From a bacterium (lineage in GTDB: Bacteria; Planctomycetota; Planctomycetia; Planctomycetales; Planctomycetaceae), in contig WGMU01000100.1 in NCBI GenBank assembly GCA_016124895.1, positions 1 through 64,000 of the forward strand: a stretch of DNA of 64,000 nt, written 5' to 3'. The notes beneath the pieces were generated by a model that worked only from the letters and a program-made list of their open reading frames with translations, was not told where the DNA came from and did no database searches. Below, piece by piece: positions 17,434-25,757 of the stretch; positions within the stretch are counted from its first letter, which is position 1; each line of letters opens with the position of its first letter. The translations under genes and the position numbers were made by a program.

Positions 17434-19515
17434 CTATGCTGACGCTTCGTGATTGGCACGGAAGCCGGAAATCGCATCGGGGCGGAACTCTGGTTTCGGA
17501 GGCAGGCAGAGAGCGGCTTCAACGATCAGGGCGAGGGCCATCGTGATCAGAAACGCACGCCAGACTTCGCTCGCGAGCGATTCGCCGCTGTCGAGCTGGT
17601 CGGTGACGACGCGGTAATCAAGACCGCTCAGCAGGCCCGAGATGGCTTCGTCGGACAGCACGTCGAGCCGGTCCTCTGAGGCGGGACGATTCAGCGCGAT
17701 CAAGCGTTCGCCGTCCTGGTAAACACCCGCGTGGAAGCGGCGTTCTGTTGAGACAATTGATTCCGTGTCGTCGGAGTAAGGTTCGGCCAGACTCAGATCA
17801 GGAACGTCGAGACTTCCGGCTGTGTACTGCTGCGCCGGGGCGAGCGCCCGGGCTCCGATTTCCAGAGCACGCTGCACAGCGATGTAAAAGACGATGCCGT
17901 CGCGCGCGAGGCTCGAATACGACGCCTGCGGCAGTGTCCCGCAGAACCAGACGGACGAACTGGCCGAAAGCGTTGAACTTTCGTTGCGCGACGTTTCGGA
18001 ATCCTCAGCCGCATCCGGACGAACCCGCACCAGAAGCGGCTGACCATCGGCAAACCGCGCCAGAACAGTGCCCGGCGCAGTGATCGCACAGCGGCGGTAA
18101 ATGTTGAGATCGCCGACCGGCAACGCGGCGCCGCTCTGCGAATTTGCCAGCAGATCCTCATCCTGCCGCCAGCTCTCGACACGAAACGGATCGTCATTCA
18201 CCGACTGCGACCACTCACCCCAGCGGGCACCGAACAAGGACTGCTGCGATGGCTCGTCGGGTGGCAGAAACAGAATCGGCCGGCCTTCCGCCACGTAGTT
18301 CGACAGCCGCTGTGCGATTGCTCCGTCCGGCAGACTGGCGTGCCAGACGGCGAGACTCGGCCGCGACCAGTCGATTTCTTCAACGCGGTCGGTCGAGAAG
18401 ACTTCAGCGGTGTGTTCGAGATTCGGATTCGGATCCGTCGGCGCGGTTGCGGCGATTCGGAATGGTTCAGCAACCGCGGCGATGTCTGAGACAATCACCG
18501 TGTGCCGCGCTGCTTCGCTGGCAAAGCAGAAACAACTGAAATTGTCTCTCGGGTTGGCATCAGCCGGCAGTTCGACACGGCCCCAGCCGGTCGCTGAATT
18601 GTCGTCGATCGGCAGCACGTGGCCCTGCAGGACGAGTTCGTCGTCGGTCATCTCGACCTCGTGAACTGACCTCGCTCCATTGATCAGAAACGTCAGTGGG
18701 ACGTTTGCCGAAACGGCACTCTCGGTCTGCCGCAGCAGCCGGATATCGAGCACCAGCTCCGCGCCGCCCGGTACGTTGCGGCGCTTGACGGACTGAACCT
18801 CAACGGAAACGTTTTCGCGCGGCACGTCCGGGTACGCGAGCAGTTGGAACCGCACGCCTTCGAGCTGCGTCAACGATTCGCGGAGACTCGCCCACCGCCC
18901 GCTGTCGGCTTCCCAGTCCGTCCGCCGCAGGTCGGAGCAGACCCAGATGTCGGTACGTCCGACCTGATTGACGGTCAGGTAATCCAGTGCTGCCTGAAAC
19001 ATCCCAGTAAGGCTCGACGCCGAATCAGTCGTCCGCGCTTCCGGGAGGTCCCGTAACGCCGCCGCCGATTCGATCTCGATCGGAGCGAGCCCGGTACTCT
19101 CAATCAGAACGATTCGCGACGCACTTCCGAGTTGTTCGAGCAGCCCGGCGAGCTTGCTGACTCCGGATGAGAGCTTCGACTCGCCCGTCTGCAGGTTCTG
19201 CTGCGCCATGCTAGGCGACCGGTCAAGCAGAATGAGCGTCGTCTCCGGCGTCCCGCCCGCCGCGAGTCCGATCCAGCCACTCGCCAGCGGACGCGCCGCT
19301 GCCAGCAGCAGAGCCGCGATTGCCAGCATCCGCATCGCCATGATGAGAATCTGCTTGAGCCGCGCCATACCCCGCGTCATCCGCTGCGCGTCGAGCAGAA
19401 ACATCATCGCCGCCCACTTCACCGTCCGATGCCGGTGCCGATGGATCAGGTGAATGATGATCGGCAACGCAACCAGCGGCAGTCCGATCAGCAGAAGTGG
19501 CTGGAGGAAGGTCAT
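17434..19515 (-). CDS. BatA-like protein with an N-terminal double-transmembrane anchor (TIGR02226-type) followed by a vWA-like region
   Basis: MTFLQPLLLIGLPLVALPIIIHLIHRHRHR is the characteristic N-terminal double-TM motif of the aerotolerance BatA family. 693 aa with a C-terminal TM helix. Confidence 0.6.
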   Translation of the reverse strand: MTFLQPLLLIGLPLVALPIIIHLIHRHRHRTVKWAAMMFLLDAQRMTRGMARLKQILIMAMRMLAIAALLLAAARPLASGWIGLAAGGTPETTLILLDRSPSMAQQNLQTGESKLSSGVSKLAGLLEQLGSASRIVLIESTGLAPIEIESAAALRDLPEARTTDSASSLTGMFQAALDYLTVNQVGRTDIWVCSDLRRTDWEADSGRWASLRESLTQLEGVRFQLLAYPDVPRENVSVEVQSVKRRNVPGGAELVLDIRLLRQTESAVSANVPLTFLINGARSVHEVEMTDDELVLQGHVLPIDDNSATGWGRVELPADANPRDNFSCFCFASEAARHTVIVSDIAAVAEPFRIAATAPTDPNPNLEHTAEVFSTDRVEEIDWSRPSLAVWHASLPDGAIAQRLSNYVAEGRPILFLPPDEPSQQSLFGARWGEWSQSVNDDPFRVESWRQDEDLLANSQSGAALPVGDLNIYRRCAITAPGTVLARFADGQPLLVRVRPDAAEDSETSRNESSTLSASSSVWFCGTLPQASYSSLARDGIVFYIAVQRALEIGARALAPAQQYTAGSLDVPDLSLAEPYSDDTESIVSTERRFHAGVYQDGERLIALNRPASEDRLDVLSDEAISGLLSGLDYRVVTDQLDSGESLASEVWRAFLITMALALIVEAALCLPPKPEFRPDAISGFRANHEASA

Positions 19516-19610
19516 GGGCGACTGGGTAGCGAAGAGACTCTGGGCGTCAGCGTCTGGAGAAGAGGATCATCAGAAAGCGGCGAAGCCGCGACAGAACGTA
19601 GCTGCGGGCG

Positions 19611-19630
19611 TCAGCCCGCAGAACCGGAAA
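19611..19630. repeat. REP-like palindrome CTGCGGGC-GTCA-GCCCGCAG flanking the RAYT gene (left copy)
   Basis: 8-bp perfect stem. An inverted partner lies at 20178-20197 with a reverse-complement loop (TGAC) and ~28 bp of extended similarity. Confidence 0.7.
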
Positions 19631-19664
19631 AAAACGACAAAAAGCCGCGAAGCGGCGGCAGCAG

Positions 19665-20129
19665 TCAGCCGTGATGCTCACCTTCAAACAGATACTCGAG
19701 TCGAAACTCAACGTTATGCCGCTTCAGAAACTCAACGTACTCCTCTTGACAACTTTTCGTCCGGTGGTGCTCTGCCTGGTCGCGAATGTATCGCTGCACG
19801 GCATCGATCTGCGAGTAACTGACGGTGAATGCTGAGTAGCCCTTCTGCCACTCGAAGGGAAACCGAGTTCCTGGCAGTTCACTGATCCATTTCGATGAGT
19901 TGGCTTTCAGATCGCGGATGACGTCCGCGACCGCCAGCGTCGGCAAGAGTTTCGTCAGGATATGGACGTGATCGCGGGTCCCGCCGATTTCGATTGATTG
20001 ACCCTTTCTGCCGCGAATCGTTCCGCCGAGGTATTCGTAAAGACGAGCCTGCAAGTCGGCGCTGATGGCTGGGCGTCTGTATTTCGTTGAAAAGACGATG
20101 TGGTAATTCAGTTGTGTGAAACTTCCCAT
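19665..20129 (-). mobile_element. REP-associated tyrosine transposase (RAYT; IS200/IS605 TnpA-like, Y1 HUH transposase). Start set at the internal ATG 20127-20129.
   Basis: LNYHIVFSTKYRRP...GTRDHVHIL...KGYSAFTVS gives the HUH (HVH) motif and conserved Tyr typical of IS200-like and RAYT proteins. Flanked by inverted REP palindromes. Confidence 0.8.
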
Positions 20130-20177
20130 GAGGTCCTCTGTCGCCGCTTCGCGGCTCAAGTCATGGTTAGTAAAGAA

Positions 20178-20197
20178 CTGCGGGCTGACGCCCGCAG
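20178..20197. repeat. REP-like palindrome CTGCGGGC-TGAC-GCCCGCAG (right copy, inverted relative to 19611-19630)
   Basis: Direct reading of the sequence. Confidence 0.7.
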
Positions 20198-20242
20198 CTA
20201 AGTTCTGCCGCGGCTTCGCCGCTGGCAACGAGCCGCTGAACT

Positions 20243-21358
20243 TCAATCGGAGTTCACAAAACAGATCAGCGTATTCTCCATCCAGTCGAACGCCTCGTTC
20301 AGCGTCAGGCCAGAGTCGGTCAGCAGGCCGTGGCAGTAGCGGGTGACGAACTTCGGCTGCCAGTCTTCACGCAGGTAGTCGACGCGGCTCTTGCCGGCGA
20401 CGCGGGCCAGCATGCACGCTCCAAGATGGCGCACGCAGCGACGTTCGTAATCGGACGTCTCGCTGCCGGTCGGTTCGAACCAGTGAGGGGCTGGCTTTCT
20501 TGCGAGATAAGAGAAGTAGAGACGATTAAACTCGCGGGTCATCGCAATGACCTGCATGGCCAGACAAGCTCCACGTTGCTCGTTTGATTTGCTCGCGTGG
20601 CAAACAACCTTCAGCAGCAGGTGGCTGAGGAAGAAGCCGACGCCGAACGCCGGGGCGCCGAAGTGGCCGGTTTCAAAGTCGACCAGTACCGGGCCGTGCG
20701 ACGCGAGCAGGATGTTTTTCGGGCTGAAGTCTGCGAGAACAATGCTGTCGCTGCGGGTCAGCGAGGATTCGATGATCGCTTCGAGCGCCGGGCGGCAGTG
20801 CTCGTCATGCTCGGCGACGTAGCGGTAGAACGGGTCAAGTCGCAGTTCGTCAAAGACGGTACGGTCGCCGAGTTGTTCCGCCAGTACCTCGTTACCAGTC
20901 GAACCACGGTGAATCGCCGCGAGGGAGCCCGCAAGGGTTTTCGCGACGTTCTGATCGATCTCCCCCGCAAGCAGTTCCGCTTTCCAGACGCGATGACTCG
21001 CCTCGATCGCCTCCATCGCGAACAGATAGTTCTCGCGATCCTCAAACAGAACGACCGGTACGACGCCGTCGGGCAGCAGACGTTTCAAGGCGTGCAGCAT
21101 GTCGACTTCGCGCCAGATGCGTTCCAACTGGCTGAACCAGTCGATCTGTGTGCGCAGCTTCTCGCGCGACTGCTTGATCACGAAGCTCCGCACCGCGGGC
21201 TGAACATCGACGCGGATGACGATGTTGGAAACGCCCCACGCCAGTTCGGTCGCCGTTGCCGAATTCAGATCGGCAGCTGTCAGGCCGACCTGCGGCAGAA
21301 ACTCGCGGCCCGGTCCGCGGAGATAGTCCAGCGTCGTTGAGGCGTCGATCTCGATCAT
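20243..21358 (-). CDS. Phosphotransferase-family protein (APH / choline-kinase / MtnK-like small-molecule kinase fold)
   Basis: LADFSPKNILL (Brenner-like HxDxxxxN variant) and LVDFETGHFG (DFE/DxG) motifs. 371 aa. Confidence 0.5.
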   Translation of the reverse strand: MIEIDASTTLDYLRGPGREFLPQVGLTAADLNSATATELAWGVSNIVIRVDVQPAVRSFVIKQSREKLRTQIDWFSQLERIWREVDMLHALKRLLPDGVVPVVLFEDRENYLFAMEAIEASHRVWKAELLAGEIDQNVAKTLAGSLAAIHRGSTGNEVLAEQLGDRTVFDELRLDPFYRYVAEHDEHCRPALEAIIESSLTRSDSIVLADFSPKNILLASHGPVLVDFETGHFGAPAFGVGFFLSHLLLKVVCHASKSNEQRGACLAMQVIAMTREFNRLYFSYLARKPAPHWFEPTGSETSDYERRCVRHLGACMLARVAGKSRVDYLREDWQPKFVTRYCHGLLTDSGLTLNEAFDWMENTLICFVNSD

Positions 21359-21360
21359 GA

Positions 21361-21792
21361 CTATTCCAGCGGCGGCAGGACGTCGGGTTCGATCTGATAA
21401 CCGTCGGCCAGGGAGTTCGTCATGTTGAACAGACCGGCGATGGCCAGCACCTCGCCGATCGTTTCGTCATCGACGCCGTGCTTCTTCAGTGCCGTCGTGT
21501 GCGAGTTGATGCAGTAGCGGCAACCGTTGGTGGCGGAAACGGCAACGGCGATCATCTCGCGGACGGCCGGACCGAGACGCGATGTTCCGCCGACAGCTTC
21601 GGGGTGCATCAGCTTCTTCAGGCTCGACCAGACCACGTCAAGCTGCACTGGATTTGTCGCGATGACACGCCAGAAGCGCGGGACGAAATCGAGCCCCTTC
21701 GTCTCGCGAATATCGGCAAAGATTTCCGCAACGCGCCCGGTTGCAGAGGCTTCCTCAACAGGCCGAACGGTTGCCTGGCGGTCGTCTGACAT
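21361..21792 (-). CDS. Carboxymuconolactone decarboxylase (AhpD-like) family protein. Start set at the internal ATG 21790-21792.
   Basis: The CRYCINSHT motif (CxxCxxxHT) is diagnostic of the AhpD/CMD family. 143 aa. Confidence 0.7.
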   Translation of the reverse strand: MSDDRQATVRPVEEASATGRVAEIFADIRETKGLDFVPRFWRVIATNPVQLDVVWSSLKKLMHPEAVGGTSRLGPAVREMIAVAVSATNGCRYCINSHTTALKKHGVDDETIGEVLAIAGLFNMTNSLADGYQIEPDVLPPLE

Positions 21793-21986
21793 CACTGATC
21801 TCCTTTGAGTGTTCGGCGTCACGATTTTGAGCGAAACAGTAACCGGCAGGTCCGTCCTGCGTCGTTCACTCGCAAGGAATTGATTCGATCGTCTGACGAT
21901 GAACGACGCTGCCAGCCGCAACCGTTGGCAGACTGCCCGCAGGCGGAATGCGAGGCTGGCACGCTCAGATGGAATCTCAACGATGG

Positions 21987-22877
21987 TCAGTGAGGACTGG
22001 TCAGGTAGTGCTTTTCAATCTTCGTGCCGACAGTACCGATTCCGTAATACCCGACCGAAATCCTGCCGACGTGCGTCAAGACGTCATACGCCTTCCAGCG
22101 GTTCCAGCCGTAATCCGCTTCCATCCACAGAATGAGCTGGGCATACGCCTCGGCGATGGAACGTTCCATTGGGCAACCAGTCGCGACGGTGACGATTTCC
22201 GTCGCCGTTTCAATCCGAGGTCCGGCGATTGTTTTCGATTTCTGAAGTTCGACTTGAATCGTTGTCTCAGCGGCCATCTCCAGACCAGTGGCCGACAGCT
22301 CGCCGTGCCCCATCGCAGCGTGAGCATCTCCGAGGTACAGGCAGGCACCATCGACAAAGACGGGAAGCTGAATCCTGCTGCCGGGACGGACCTCGACCAG
22401 ATCCAGATTGCCTCCATGCGGCCCGGCCGGGAGTGTCGAGGGAACGCCGACCGCCGGCGCGGTGCCAATACAACCCAGCATCGGCGCATACGGGATCGCG
22501 ATGTCGTCGCTCCAGTAGACGTGGCCGTCCCGGATCGGACAGACGTGAGCGCCGTGTGGAACATCGGTGCCAAGCCACTCGCACAACTGTTTCGGCGAGC
22601 CCGTGTAAGTCGCGGCCTGGCCGTCGCGCGGTTCGATTTTCTCAATCGTCACGACGATCGAATCCCCCGGTTCGGCTCCCGTAACGAAGATCGGGCCGGC
22701 CACGGGATTGCTGAACGGCATGGCCTGCTTGTCACGTCGATCATCGTTCGTCCGGATCTGCCCGGACAGGGCGTCTTCCGATTCGACCAGCAGTGTTTCC
22801 CCTGACTCGATGCGAACGCGTGGTTCGAGGTGTCGACTGAATTCATACACGAGTGGTCTGGCCGGGACGCGTTTCAT
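21987..22877 (-). CDS. Acetamidase/formamidase (FmdA_AmdA) family protein
   Basis: 296 aa. GPIFVTGAEPGD, GGNLD, and LYLGDAHAAMGHGE are characteristic FmdA/AmdA motifs. Confidence 0.65.
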   Translation of the reverse strand: MKRVPARPLVYEFSRHLEPRVRIESGETLLVESEDALSGQIRTNDDRRDKQAMPFSNPVAGPIFVTGAEPGDSIVVTIEKIEPRDGQAATYTGSPKQLCEWLGTDVPHGAHVCPIRDGHVYWSDDIAIPYAPMLGCIGTAPAVGVPSTLPAGPHGGNLDLVEVRPGSRIQLPVFVDGACLYLGDAHAAMGHGELSATGLEMAAETTIQVELQKSKTIAGPRIETATEIVTVATGCPMERSIAEAYAQLILWMEADYGWNRWKAYDVLTHVGRISVGYYGIGTVGTKIEKHYLTSPH

Positions 22878-22940
22878 TGCCGGTTCCTGAGCAATTGAGA
22901 TGAACTTGAAGCGGTCAGTGGTCTATTCCCCCCAGCCAGT

Positions 22941-24071
22941 CTAAGGCAACCAGCGGATGCAGGAGGGCATGGCGACGGCGATCGGGTCGCCTTGCGCTGT
23001 GAGTTGCCCCGATTCGGCATTGATCCCGAAGACCGCCACATTGTTTCCTGGCATGTTTGCGCATAACAGCCAGCGGCCATCCGGTGTGATCAGCAGGTTC
23101 TGCGGCCCTTTGCCCAGACTCGATTGGATACTCACCAGAGTCAGTTGTCCGTCCTCGGCGGTTCGATAGACAGCGATGCTGTCATGTCCGCGATTGGTGC
23201 CGTACAGAAATCTGCCGTCGGGCGTCATCTTCAGATCGGCGCAATAACTGGTGCCGGCGAAATCCGCAGGCAGTGTCGAGATGGTCTGTCGCTCTTTAAG
23301 TGTTCCAGCTTCTGTGTCGTAATCAAAAACGGTCACCGTGTTCTTCAATTCGCTGATGACATAGACCCGCCTGCCATTCGGGTGAAACGTCAGATGTCGC
23401 GGACCGGAACCGGGGGCGACGTTCGCGGAAGGCTGAACGTCGTTGGGCGTCAGCTTCGCCGTCGCCGGATCGAGCCGATAGATCAGCACCTTGTCGATTC
23501 CCAGATCGGCGGCCAGGGCAAACCGATTGTCAGGACTGATCTCGATACTATGCGCGAATGGCCCTTTCTGCCGCGCAGGATCGACACTGGAACCGGTGTG
23601 TCTGATGAATGAGGCAGCCTCGCTCAGAGATCCATCTTTCTGGATGGGGAGCGCGGCCACGTCGCCACTGGAGTAATTCGCGACAACGAGCGTTTTTCCA
23701 GTGTCATCAATATCCAGGTAGCATGATGTCCGGCCCATCGCCGACTGGCAGTTCAATCGCGTGAGCTGTCCGGATTTCCGGTTGATGCGGAAGGCCGTGA
23801 CAAACTCGTTCTCATCATCACCGAACTGCGCCGCGTCGATGGCGTACAGAAACCGCCCCTCTGGTGAGACGGCCAGAAAGAACGGGTTTTCAATGTCCGT
23901 CGTCTGCCGCAGCAGCTTCAACTCTCCAGTGTCCAGATTGAACGAGCAGGAGTGAATCGCCCCTTTCTCTCCGGCGGCAAAGGACGAGATGAAGAGCATG
24001 TGGTCGTCTGCGTGTGTGATCGTCGAACCGATCATGATCACGGCAAGCGTCAGTGGCATCAGTTGTCGCAT
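22941..24071 (-). CDS. Secreted 7-bladed beta-propeller lactonase (6-phosphogluconolactonase / 3-carboxymuconate cyclase-like)
   Basis: Signal peptide. Repeated propeller strands (FLYAIDA, LVVANYSSG, FALAADLGIDKVLIYR, VYVISELKNTVTVFDYD, FLYGTNRGHDSIAVYR) typical of Pgl-type lactonases. Confidence 0.65.
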   Translation of the reverse strand: MRQLMPLTLAVIMIGSTITHADDHMLFISSFAAGEKGAIHSCSFNLDTGELKLLRQTTDIENPFFLAVSPEGRFLYAIDAAQFGDDENEFVTAFRINRKSGQLTRLNCQSAMGRTSCYLDIDDTGKTLVVANYSSGDVAALPIQKDGSLSEAASFIRHTGSSVDPARQKGPFAHSIEISPDNRFALAADLGIDKVLIYRLDPATAKLTPNDVQPSANVAPGSGPRHLTFHPNGRRVYVISELKNTVTVFDYDTEAGTLKERQTISTLPADFAGTSYCADLKMTPDGRFLYGTNRGHDSIAVYRTAEDGQLTLVSIQSSLGKGPQNLLITPDGRWLLCANMPGNNVAVFGINAESGQLTAQGDPIAVAMPSCIRWLP

Positions 24072-24497
24072 GGCTCACGTTCCAGTGCAGTTTCAGGGAG
24101 ACTCGACTTTGAAGGGAAATCGTCGCGTTTACGTCTGATTGACAGCCGCCGCCAGAGGTCGTGCGAAGATTCAGCGCTGGCATCGATATCGTGACAGCTC
24201 CGGTTGGTCCCGCCGTGTGACTTCACTGGATTGCCAGGGCATCAATTGACACCAGTAAGGAATCGGCACTGATATCAGGACCAGCCCACCGCGACAAACT
24301 TCTGGAGCCGGAAGCCGATCGCTCGACGGACGCGGTGAATAGCCTGGCGGCGGACGTTGTAAAACGCACGGCCTGCAATCTCGCCGGGTGACGGCCGGTC
24401 TGACGCTCGCCCGCATCAAAAGTCATTGCGTCCATTGCCGACAGCCACGGTTCCCGGCAAGTATTCCCGAGCACCGTTTTTCTCCCTGGAGGTACTT

Positions 24498-25622
24498 ATG
24501 ACGAAGCCACTGATCGTCGACATTCATCTTGATCTTTCCATGAACGCCATGCAGCGGAATCGTGATCTGCGATGGTCGCTGGAACGCATTCGCCGCTGGG
24601 AAGGTCAGATGGCCGATTTCGTCGAACGCGGAAACGGCACGGTCTGCTTCCCTGAAATGCGGAAGGGAAATGTCGGCCTGTGTGTGGCGACAGTCATCGG
24701 CCGCCACGCTTCGAGATTTCACAAGCTGCCGGGCTGGAGTTCTCCGGAGCAGGCCTGGGCGCAGACTCGCGGGCAGCTTGCCTGGTATCGGATCATGACG
24801 GAACTCGGTGAGATGACACCGATTACAAACGTAGCCGAGCTGGATGCTCACGTGGAACTCTGGAAGAACTCACCGCCCTGCGATGACGGAACGCCGTACG
24901 TTGTTGAGTCGAAAAAGATGCTTGGCAGGCTGCCGATTGGATTCGTGCTGAGTCTGGAAGGAGCTGACTCAATCGTCTCGCTGGACTATCTCGAACGCAG
25001 CTACAACGACGGGCTGCGGGCACTCGGACCAGCTCACTATGGTCCCGGTCGATACGCTGACGGCACTGACTCCGAAGGCCCTCTTCATCCGGCGGGAAAA
25101 GATCTGCTCAAGGAAATGCAGCGGCTGGGGATCATTCTGGACGTCACGCACCTGTGCGACCAGACGTTCTGGGACGCCCTGGATGTCTATGAAGGGCCAC
25201 TGTGGGCCAGTCATCAGAACTGCCGCACACTCGCCCCGTGGAATCGCCAGTTTGCGGACGATCAGATCAAAGCGGTCATCGAGCGTGGCGGTCTGCTGGG
25301 GATGGCTTTTGATGCAATCATGATGGTGCCCGGCTGGAAGTATCTCAGGAGCCGGCCGGAAGACTTTCAGTTGAAGATCGAGCGAATCTGCGACCATGTT
25401 GATCACATCTGCCAACTGGCCGGCAGCGCTCACCATGTCTGTATCGGGACCGACCTCGATGGGGGCTACGGCACTGAGCAGACTCCGATGGACCTGGACT
25501 CAATCGCCGACCTGCAGACACTGCCGGATCTCTTCCGGGCCCGCGGCTACTCCGAGTCTGACATCGAAGGCTTTATGCACCGTAACGTTGTGGATTTTCT
25601 GCGCCGCGTCTGGAGCGAGTAG
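24498..25622 (+). CDS. Membrane dipeptidase (peptidase family M19, renal dipeptidase-like). Start at ATG 24498, preceded by GGAGGT.
   Basis: LIVDIHLDLS (the HxD metal site at the start of the TIM barrel), ILDVTHL, GLLGMAF, and a VCIGTDLDG motif (M19 'GxDxDG'-type). Confidence 0.7.
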   Translation: MTKPLIVDIHLDLSMNAMQRNRDLRWSLERIRRWEGQMADFVERGNGTVCFPEMRKGNVGLCVATVIGRHASRFHKLPGWSSPEQAWAQTRGQLAWYRIMTELGEMTPITNVAELDAHVELWKNSPPCDDGTPYVVESKKMLGRLPIGFVLSLEGADSIVSLDYLERSYNDGLRALGPAHYGPGRYADGTDSEGPLHPAGKDLLKEMQRLGIILDVTHLCDQTFWDALDVYEGPLWASHQNCRTLAPWNRQFADDQIKAVIERGGLLGMAFDAIMMVPGWKYLRSRPEDFQLKIERICDHVDHICQLAGSAHHVCIGTDLDGGYGTEQTPMDLDSIADLQTLPDLFRARGYSESDIEGFMHRNVVDFLRRVWSE

Positions 25623-25757
25623 CTCCGGCCAGCGCACGCTGTTGTTCAAGGTCGGCCGCAGAACATCCACGATGCCTGCCCCATCGGGCTTTCTGAGTTC
25701 CGGCATGGCGCACAGGCTGTGACTTTCAATCCGCGAATCGCTTACAGGGAATTCGTC

